Shown here: piece by piece, positions 52,476 to 61,200 of the stretch
Position numbering within the stretch: position 1 is the first letter of the stretch
Layout: the number at the start of each line of letters is the position of its first letter
Virus record (IMG/VR): IMGVR_UViG_3300032232_001415
Coordinates: 64,001 to 128,000 of that record
Reading direction: 5' to 3' (one strand)
Origin: a virus
Lineage: Duplodnaviria > Caudoviricetes
Length of the DNA: 64,000 bases
Made by a program: the position numbers and the translations under genes
Notes under the pieces: model-generated
Database searches by the model: none
What the model saw: only the letters and a program-made list of their open reading frames with translations
What the model was told of the DNA's origin: nothing

Positions 52476-53438
52476 TTACATTATCACTTGAGCTGTCAAA
52501 CGTATTGTACACCAAAAAAGACTGTTATTTGCTGTTTCCATATCCATAATACTTACTTCTTTAAAAAAACATTTATTCCAACGATAATTTTCATTATTAA
52601 CAATATCACAATATATTTTTCCATTAATATTTTTATTACCTTTATAATTTAATCCATTTATACCACTATTGATTATTTTATTAATATCATAAAGCCATAT
52701 TGTTTTATGTTTTTGCATTCTTATTATATCGGTCAAAATATTTTTATCCGATGATCTTTCAGTAAAAATATGTAATAGCATATCTTGATCATATATAAAG
52801 TCTGTTGCCCCCAGTTGCCAAGGAGTAGAATTGCTTCTGGCCACAGATTCTATAACAATACACGGCATTTGAACTCTATGGTTAGCCGTAATATTAAAAT
52901 CTCCTTTATCACTCTGATTGAATTGTGTTGATGGATTTAACAGATCTCCTTGTAATTCTGCCCACCATGGTGAGGCATTTGCTTTATGCACTTGACACCA
53001 CCTATAGGAGTGTGCCATATTAACCACAGAACCGGTTGCTAGACCACTATTAAAAATCACTCTACCAAGAGGATAGTTTATTTCATATTTATAACTACCG
53101 CTTCCTGTTGGCGCTGGATAGTATGTATTATTAACAGTAACTCCACTTATATTAATTGGTGAAAATCCATTATATGATATTCCAGTTTCCCATACTAAAT
53201 CTTTATGAATAGTTTGCCAAACCATACCATTAGAATATGCTGGATCATTAGTTTGTTTCAGAATGTGTGTGGGATTTTGGCTAATTCCAGATGTTGGGAT
53301 ATTAATATTTATAAATCCGCCAATATTCAAAAATCCCCAATCCAAAAAACTTTTTAAATTATCTTCTAGCTGATCTAATAAAGAATTTTGACCTAAATTA
53401 GTAACATTATTAAATTTTGTATAATCTTCACAACTCAT
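52476..53438 (-). CDS. putative tail terminator / tail completion protein
   Basis: Immediately upstream of the tube gene; 'RVQMPCIVIE...DMLLHIFTE' is terminator-like. Confidence 0.5.
   Translation of the reverse strand: MSCEDYTKFNNVTNLGQNSLLDQLEDNLKSFLDWGFLNIGGFININIPTSGISQNPTHILKQTNDPAYSNGMVWQTIHKDLVWETGISYNGFSPINISGVTVNNTYYPAPTGSGSYKYEINYPLGRVIFNSGLATGSVVNMAHSYRWCQVHKANASPWWAELQGDLLNPSTQFNQSDKGDFNITANHRVQMPCIVIESVARSNSTPWQLGATDFIYDQDMLLHIFTERSSDKNILTDIIRMQKHKTIWLYDINKIINSGINGLNYKGNKNINGKIYCDIVNNENYRWNKCFFKEVSIMDMETANNSLFWCTIRLTAQVIM
52502..52513 (-). promoter_or_regulatory. putative late-promoter motif GGTGTACAATAC
   Basis: 11/12 identical to the motif at 63951-63962; 59 nt upstream of the major tail gene. 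Confidence 0.4.
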
Positions 53439-54094
53439 ATAGACTTCTCCAATTCTGATTCTAATATTGATATAATTTTATCATCTAGTTTATTTATAGC
53501 TCTAGTTACCCAATTATTTGTTAATATTCCAGCAAACTCTGGTGGAACTCTCCAATTATTACCCTCGGACTCAACCATAATAGCCATTCCTGTTCTAGAA
53601 TTCCTGTTACTGCCCATTCTTACTTTATAATTTTTTACTATAATTTTACCACCATATAATAATAACCACTCCAACCAAGGCAAAGTAATACCAGAAACAG
53701 AATCAACAACAATAGCTGATTCATTACCAAGAACATCATCAAAATTATCTCTAATCATACTTAATGAGAATCCACCGGATAATCCTCTATTAGTAATTTT
53801 TATTGGTTTATATTCTATATTAATATTGTTACTCCATATTTCAATAATATTATTAACTTTATCAGATGTTGGAATACCAAATTCATATTTTAATTGTCCA
53901 GAAATTAATGATTGATATTCTGGCTCACTCATTAGTGCTTTTTTAACTTCTTCAATTATTCTGGTTCTTATGGGTTTTATACTTTTTTTAAAAATCGTAT
54001 CTACTTCTAAAACTAAAGCATCCAGTATTCTTCTATTAATTTCAGCATCATTCTCTAGAAGTTTTAGTGAAATTTTCATTATGCTCTTTTCCAT
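53435..54094 (-). CDS. putative neck / tail completion protein
   Basis: Synteny; 'LPWLEWLL', 'NSRTGMAIM', 'WRVPPEFAG..NNWVTRAI'. Confidence 0.5.
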   Translation of the reverse strand: MEKSIMKISLKLLENDAEINRRILDALVLEVDTIFKKSIKPIRTRIIEEVKKALMSEPEYQSLISGQLKYEFGIPTSDKVNNIIEIWSNNINIEYKPIKITNRGLSGGFSLSMIRDNFDDVLGNESAIVVDSVSGITLPWLEWLLLYGGKIIVKNYKVRMGSNRNSRTGMAIMVESEGNNWRVPPEFAGILTNNWVTRAINKLDDKIISILESELEKSI

Positions 54095-54612
54095 ACTGTA
54101 AAAACATATCGTGTATCACCAAAACCGGCAAATTCTGGATCATTAGCTCTAATATAATAATATGCTCCATATCCAGATCTAGAATTATCAATCATTATTT
54201 TATCTGCTGTTTTAATTTTTGGAAGTAAATCTGTTTTACATATTGTTTGCACCATACCATCAACAACATGTATCGGATTAGATTTAGAATTCCAATTAAA
54301 CCAATATTTACTATCAAATAATACTGCAAGATAAATTATTTCTTCTGAGCTTGTAGAATCAAATCCCAAACCATTGCAAACTGGACATATGCTATATTCA
54401 GCAAATGGTGATGTTCCACTACCATTGTATTTATTTAATGATCTACTATTTATAGGATCAAATATACAATTAGAACATAATGTTGGATTATTATTTGAGT
54501 ATAATAAAGTGCATGGTAAACTTAATCCATTTTGAGAAATCAAAGAGTCTATAGCATCATTATAGACAGTTTTTAAACTACCATAATTAATATTATCAAA
54601 TATATTTGTCAT
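54079..54612 (-). CDS. putative head-closure/neck protein with Zn-finger
   Basis: CSNC...CPVCNGLG; AGGA RBS; synteny. Confidence 0.5.
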   Translation of the reverse strand: MTNIFDNINYGSLKTVYNDAIDSLISQNGLSLPCTLLYSNNNPTLCSNCIFDPINSRSLNKYNGSGTSPFAEYSICPVCNGLGFDSTSSEEIIYLAVLFDSKYWFNWNSKSNPIHVVDGMVQTICKTDLLPKIKTADKIMIDNSRSGYGAYYYIRANDPEFAGFGDTRYVFTVWKRA

Positions 54613-54634
54613 ATAAGTCCTAATGTAAAAATAG

Positions 54635-54656
54635 GTATTCTATTTTAGAATACACC
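54635..54656 (-). promoter_or_regulatory. palindrome GTATTCTA-N3-TAGAATAC overlapping a GGTGTA motif
   Basis: Intergenic 8-bp inverted repeat (54635-54653). GGTGTATTCTAA at 54645-54656, 32 nt before the ATG. Confidence 0.4.
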
Positions 54657-54666
54657 CCTACAAATT

Positions 54667-55005
54667 CTATGATGGATTACCACTTGGTGGAAGTATGGTT
54701 ACTGTGCCATCTTCATTCATGGTAAATTGGCCAACAACCGATGATCCTTCAGCTATAGCAGCAGCATCTATTGTGGAAATTAATTGACCTAATTTATAAT
54801 GAAGACTAAATAATTCTTTACCATTATTGCCCAAGGCTAAAGCTATTTGTTCAGGAGTAGCATTAGGATTGTCCCAAAACATTTTAGACCCTCTATTAAA
54901 TACTCCAAGCATATTATTATATATATTTTTTGCTTGTAATTTTAGTGATTCTGCAATTTCAGTTGGTGTTTTTGGTGGCTCTTTTCTGCTTAAATCTAGT
55001 GGCAT
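54667..55005 (-). CDS. hypothetical protein (112 aa)
   Basis: AAGGAG RBS; overlaps the sulfotransferase stop. Confidence 0.7.
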   Translation of the reverse strand: MPLDLSRKEPPKTPTEIAESLKLQAKNIYNNMLGVFNRGSKMFWDNPNATPEQIALALGNNGKELFSLHYKLGQLISTIDAAAIAEGSSVVGQFTMNEDGTVTILPPSGNPS

Positions 55006-55727
55006 GATAGTTCTCCTTGTGGTAATATTAACTGACCGGGTTGATTAATACTATTAAAAAGTTTTATATCTTTATTATAATAGTTTTCTACTAAGTTTCT
55101 TTGATCTTGTGATAATGTTGGTTTGGTTCTTTTTGCCTTGTTAGCTACTAATGATTCATTTTCGTTTATTCCTATAAACTTCAAACAGTCACTTAAATTA
55201 TCAGGAAAGTTAAAGACATAAGTTTCTCTTTGAATATATTTATGCTGGTGAAAAAAATGTACATCGTCTCTCAGATATCCAAATCGTTTGAAATCTCTTA
55301 CTGGTAATCCTTGATCTATTCTGTTTTGTCTAGTTTCTAGCTTTTTAGCATTTATTTTTTCTAGATTAGCTAGTTGGTTTGATGCTTCAATATCTTCTCT
55401 TGTTCGAAGAAAAGCACTATCATCAACTAAAGAGTCTATTACTTTATCAATATCTTCTGATTTGATGTTTATTTGCTGACAAGCAGTAATAAATCGATCA
55501 ACTGGATTTCGTACCATCAGCACTATGGGCTTGTCTGGTGTTGTTGATCCTGGACACATCCAGTGCCATTGTTTTTGGTTTTCTGTTATTCCGTTGGGAA
55601 ACCTAGCATAGCTAATTTTTTGATGTTCTTTTGGATAAAACTCTTTAATGATCAATCGAGCCATAGTTGAAGAGCCAACTTTGGCATTGAGGGCGACACT
55701 ATAATTTGGAGTATTATAATAGTACAT
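54996..55727 (-). CDS. sulfotransferase family 2 protein
   Basis: 5'-PSB 'NAKVGSSTM', 3'-PB 'VRNPVDRFITA', 'HFFHQ', C-terminal 'YYNKDIKLF'. Confidence 0.8.
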   Translation of the reverse strand: MYYYNTPNYSVALNAKVGSSTMARLIIKEFYPKEHQKISYARFPNGITENQKQWHWMCPGSTTPDKPIVLMVRNPVDRFITACQQINIKSEDIDKVIDSLVDDSAFLRTREDIEASNQLANLEKINAKKLETRQNRIDQGLPVRDFKRFGYLRDDVHFFHQHKYIQRETYVFNFPDNLSDCLKFIGINENESLVANKAKRTKPTLSQDQRNLVENYYNKDIKLFNSINQPGQLILPQGELSCH

Positions 55728-58273
55728 TATGGATAAACTGCTAATTGTGAAGTTGGGGGGGTGAAATTAGTATTATATAACGAAGCTCCTCTTACTATTC
55801 TCAAATCGTCTATATATCCAAAAAATTCTTGGCCACCAGTAGCTCCACCAGCACCTATAACAACATTATCTGTATTTGTACTAATAATAAAATCTTCTAT
55901 AGTTTGAGAACCTTCTAGATTGCCATCTATAAATATTTTAAAGGTATCATATAATCGAGTAACTGCAACGTGATACCAAGTATTGGTCGATAAAGTACTA
56001 GTAGAATCTAAATTAATTCCCCAGCTACTTCCATCGTTTGTTGCTATTATATTTAGTTTGTTATCGTTACATTGAAAAATAAATCCTCCATAGGTTCCGG
56101 TATTTGCTCGTTTACTAAATATCACTCTTGCTCCAGTAACATTGCTAGGTCTTATCCAGCACTCTATTGTGAAATTACTATTAAGGAAATTAAAATTATC
56201 TTTTCCTGTGCTATAGCTAATATAGTCTCCTGTTCCGTCAAAATATATGCTTGCAGTACCATACTTATATTGTGTTGTACTAGTAATTGTGTTGCCATTT
56301 CGAGTTGCTGTTAATGCTTTATGCCCATCATCCGTAAATATGGTACCATTATTTGTTCCGTTGCCCTTTAATAATAGTATTGTGGTTCCCTGAGTTGCTG
56401 CTGTTGTGCTCGTAGTGGCTTCTGCTGATGGTACAACGAAGTCTTGATAGTAAGCACATTTTCCTCTAACAAGTTTAAAATCATCAATATATGCTGAGGA
56501 CGCACTACTTGCCCAAAATCCATATGATCTTCCTAATCTTAACTTATATGGTCCTGCTGGAGTTGGTTGTTCAGCAACTCCGACTAAAATTCCATTAAAA
56601 TAAACTTTCTTATATTTAGAATCTTGAGCACAAACAACATGGTGCCATGTCCCGCTAGACACATTACAACTTGATGTTACAGCACCTGTTCCATTATTAT
56701 TAAAATGAATATCATTACTAGTGTAAAGATGAATATTTACTCCACTATTATTATCTACTCCTGTTGAGTTTGCAAGATAAACTATACCTTCATAAGCGGC
56801 AGTTGCTGTTGGCCTATATATCCAAAACTCTATGCTCCAATCCATATTAGATAAATCTGGAATTATATAAGACTCATTTCCTATTGAGCCACTATTTATA
56901 CTCAAAGAAGCACTGCCATATTTTTTAGTTGTGGTATTCAAACTAGGCGAACCAGTTTGTAATGTTATGCTTCTGGAGTTGCTACTTGAATCTGTGAATG
57001 TTGTACTTCCATTCGATCCATTTAAATTTAATAATAGTTCTACTATTGGAGATAATGATCCGAATACTGTATATCCTTTATTTGTTGCTATGGTGGGATC
57101 ATCAGCGTCTCCACCAGTATTATCACTAACTTCTATACTTCCGTTTCCATTTAACAAATCGGTATATAGCTGATTTAAATCAGACGAGCTTAGATTATTA
57201 GAACTGATATTTAGTGAATATTTTATCTCTGGAGAGCCGACCACTGTCTGTCTCCACCAAAAACTGCTCGCAGTATAATAATAAGTGTAGCCCTGTGGAG
57301 CTACTGAGGGACTAGTTAAAAACTTTGAATAAAAAGGTCGTACTGAAGTTAAATTATTATTTGAAACGTCAGTATTGTAAAAATATCCATCTAAAGATCC
57401 GTTTGATGACGATGGATAAATTGTTATACTTTGATTTCCTCCAATTGCTGCTTTAGCAAAATTAGCTCCACTAACATAAGTAGTTTTTGTTCCATCCCAC
57501 CAGTTTACAGTATAGTATCCGCTACTGGTAGAAACATATCCAGTTATATCTCCACTACTTTTGGTGCTAGTCATAACAATATGATTATATAGTTTTGGTG
57601 CTATTGTGGCATTTTTACTAGGTGGACTACTTGGTATAACAAATGATTGCCCAGTATAAAGAGCAACCCCTTTAATTATTCTGAGACTATCTATATGTCC
57701 ATTCAATCCCTCGGCAGTAGAATGGGACGATGCTCCAATAGTTACATTTCGAGTTGCCCCTAAATCGGCGTTGTTATAGCCTGACAAAATTTTAAATCCA
57801 TTAACGTATATAGAAAAATTTCCATTTTCTCTAGTAATAGCAATATGATTCCATTGTGATATTGGACAATTAGTAGAAGAATACCAATTATACGATGTCC
57901 CATTGATATAAAAAGAATTAGTAGACGCTTGATGTCTAAACAAAATACCATTAGTATAGTCTCCAATACTAATAATTCCTTGAGTACTTCCTTCACTTAT
58001 CATATACAGCCAAAATTCTATTGTAAATGATCCTGTTCCAAATCCAAAAGCAGCGTTGGTAGAGTACTGAACATAGTCTCCAGACGAATCAAAGTATCCG
58101 CTGCTATTATCAAACTTACTTTGTGCTGTGCTTATTTTAGCAGTTCCATAAACTGTTCCAGTATGATTATAAATACTACTATCAGTAAAAGTAGTACTGT
58201 TATTGGCCCCATCAAAATTTAATAATAAACTTGCTGGATAAGTTCGTGGTATTGATGCTAATAAACTACTCAT
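55727..58273 (-). CDS. virion protein with three LamG/ConA-like lectin domains
   Basis: Three repeats of 'LLL..G.N.ST.FTD.S...FTIE(F/C)W...W(N/H/Y)H(I/V)A...G(Y/H)ID.LRI..G'. Confidence 0.85.
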   Translation of the reverse strand: MSSLLASIPRTYPASLLLNFDGANNSTTFTDSSIYNHTGTVYGTAKISTAQSKFDNSSGYFDSSGDYVQYSTNAAFGFGTGSFTIEFWLYMISEGSTQGIISIGDYTNGILFRHQASTNSFYINGTSYNWYSSTNCPISQWNHIAITRENGNFSIYVNGFKILSGYNNADLGATRNVTIGASSHSTAEGLNGHIDSLRIIKGVALYTGQSFVIPSSPPSKNATIAPKLYNHIVMTSTKSSGDITGYVSTSSGYYTVNWWDGTKTTYVSGANFAKAAIGGNQSITIYPSSSNGSLDGYFYNTDVSNNNLTSVRPFYSKFLTSPSVAPQGYTYYYTASSFWWRQTVVGSPEIKYSLNISSNNLSSSDLNQLYTDLLNGNGSIEVSDNTGGDADDPTIATNKGYTVFGSLSPIVELLLNLNGSNGSTTFTDSSSNSRSITLQTGSPSLNTTTKKYGSASLSINSGSIGNESYIIPDLSNMDWSIEFWIYRPTATAAYEGIVYLANSTGVDNNSGVNIHLYTSNDIHFNNNGTGAVTSSCNVSSGTWHHVVCAQDSKYKKVYFNGILVGVAEQPTPAGPYKLRLGRSYGFWASSASSAYIDDFKLVRGKCAYYQDFVVPSAEATTSTTAATQGTTILLLKGNGTNNGTIFTDDGHKALTATRNGNTITSTTQYKYGTASIYFDGTGDYISYSTGKDNFNFLNSNFTIECWIRPSNVTGARVIFSKRANTGTYGGFIFQCNDNKLNIIATNDGSSWGINLDSTSTLSTNTWYHVAVTRLYDTFKIFIDGNLEGSQTIEDFIISTNTDNVVIGAGGATGGQEFFGYIDDLRIVRGASLYNTNFTPPTSQLAVYP

Positions 58274-58274
58274 G

Positions 58275-61200
58275 TTAGTTGGTCTTATTGCCTATATAGT
58301 GTCCTTGCATGGTTCCGCTTCCAACTGATCGTAACAGCACAATATGTCTGCCGCTTGGTAACGGAGAATCTGGTTGTCGGTACCAATCGTTAACTATGGT
58401 CCAAGTAATGCTAGTATTTCCACTAGAGAAAATATTAAGCGTGGTTTCTCTTGCTACAGAACTGCTTGAAGGCCAACCAGTTCCTGTTGTAAATGTTGTG
58501 GCAACACCATTTAGTGTTAAAGTCTGGATTTGACGATCTTGACCACAATTAATAGCGTTACTTCCACTTATAGTTCCAAGATTAAATACTGAAGTATCAT
58601 ATAAACCAACGCCAGACCCATTCAGATTTAATGATCCGCTAACACTTAAACCACTAGCTATTATTCCACTACCAATAACGTGAAGTTGAGATGTTGGAGA
58701 TGTTGTTCCTATACCAACAGCCCCAGTATAACCATTAATTACTGTTCTTGGCGTCCATGTAGCCCCAGAGTGATATCCAAATTGAACAAACCTAAAGGTG
58801 CTACCGTCATTGGCGGTAGAGATTCCTAAATGATTACCTTCTTTACCAATAGTATAATCATTAGCGGTTCCTCCTCCTCTATTAAATTGTAATTTATTTC
58901 CTATACTTGTTGCTGTATCACTCAATCTTATATTTCCATCAACTGTTAATTTTTCTGGAGGAGTTGTTGCTTGAACTCCCGTACCAATACCAACATTCCC
59001 ATTAGTTCTATCCATTGTCATTACAGATGACCAAGAAGATGCCCCACCTTTTCGTTGTATATTTAGAAAACCATCAGTTCCTCTGTCAAAAAATCCCCAT
59101 CCGTATGTGGATGCTGAAATATCCCCATTAAGACTAGAGAAAAATGGAATAGTATCACTATTTCCAACACCTAAATAAGTTCTAGTCACTGTAGGCCCAG
59201 AAATCATTAATGAAGCATTATTTGTAACACTGCCACTAACATGTAATACTGATAATGGAGATGTAACAGCTGATGTTGGACTAATACTTAGTCTTCCATC
59301 AACCAACCCTGTTCCAAGAACGTGTAGTCTACCACTTGGAGAAGCTGTTCCTATGCCAACATTAGTACCATTATCAAAAATGATTCCACTACTAACACTA
59401 TTAGATCCGCTCCATCGTGTTAAATATCCACTAGTTCCAATTCCAGTAATAGGATTAGTTAGAGCTAATTGATAAGGAGTTAACAGTCCACTGACACTAC
59501 TATTAAAATTACTAATATCTGATGAAGTATGACTATGTCCGCTAATACTAACACCAGTACCATTAACTTGTAAAGATTGAGTAAAATTTCCACTATTGGC
59601 TGTTATCAGTCCGCTAACTTGTAACGTGCTAGATGGACTACTTGTTCCAATACCTACTCTTCCAACACTATCTATTCGTAATCTTTCAACGCCGCTAGTG
59701 CTAATACCAAAAGTATTTGCTGATGGGCTAAACATTCCAGTATCAGGATCGTTAACAAACTCAAAAGAAGGTAAGGCGGCAGTTCCTGATCCACCGATGA
59801 ACGATCCTGTTGCTAAAATGTCTCCAGCAACGTGAAGTTTACTAGACGGAGAACTTGTTCCTATTCCTACATTACCAACGTCTGTTATTCTTACTCTTTC
59901 TTGTAAACTTGATCCACCGTTGGTATGAAAAGCCAACATGCCTTCAGTTGGACTGCCCTCGGTAGAAACATCTATTTGTGCTATAACACTATTTATATCG
60001 TTAATAGTATTATACCATGTTATTGGTGCTATATTATTAGATGCATCAGGAATAGCAAATGTATGCCTTATAGAACCATTAATATTTATATTTCCAACAA
60101 CATCCAAAGCTTCTGATGGAGTTGCTGTTCCTATTCCAACGGTAGCATTACCATTAGCATTACTATTAACTATTAAAGTATTCTCTATTATAGCGCCATA
60201 ATCTCCTAATAGTTGACACGCACTACCTCCATTTCCTCCTCCGTTGTTAACAACCAATCCATTGGTATCCATAACAACAGCATTGCCAGGAGTGTCTACT
60301 TTTTCTCCCACTCCAAGAGTATTAAATATAGCAGACCCATTATTGATCCATGTGTAATCAAATCCATTATCTATTGGACCAATTTGTAAAGCATTATGAA
60401 TCCATGCTACTGAATTAATAGATAGATCAGCCTCACCACCAGCTGACAAATTATTAAAAGCATAATTAGTGGTTCCTATTCCAACATTTCCAACATTATT
60501 TATTCGTAATCTTTCAACTCCGCTAGTACTAATACCTAAAGTATTTGCTGCTGGAGAGAATAAACCAGTATCTGGATCTCCAGTAAATTCAAAGGATGGA
60601 TTACCAGCAGTACCAGATCCGGCTATGAAAGATCCTGTTGCCAAAACGTCTCCAGCAACATGAAGCTTAGATATTGGGTTGACTATACCTATTCCTATAT
60701 TACTTCCACTCTGATAAATATTACTATTTATTAATCCACTAGTACTATTCCATTGTGGTAAATATCCTGATGTTGAAGCTCCAGTACCAGTACCAGTAAC
60801 AGGATTTGTTAATAAAGCTTGTTTATTATTAAAAGTACTCCAGTCGGTGCTGCTCAAGACTCCCCTATTAGAAGCTGATGCGGTTGGAATATTTAATGTA
60901 ATAACTGGAGTCGTAGTATTTGTCGCTACTGTGCTAGTAATATCAGTTCCAGTAGTGCCGACAGTTAAAGCCGCTACACTAGTAACAGTCCCAACATTAG
61001 TTGTATATCCACTCGGATTACTAGAGGGATAACCTCTAATATCGCCCAATAATTCAGCTGCTGTTCTTGAAGATATGGCCTGAGCGCTACCGCTAGGATT
61101 AGTTACCCATACTGGAAAATAAGTTCCAGAGACTAATCCATTAGGAGATCTTACAGAAATTCTGTCAGTAATTCTTAAAATATCTGTAGTAGTATCGTTG

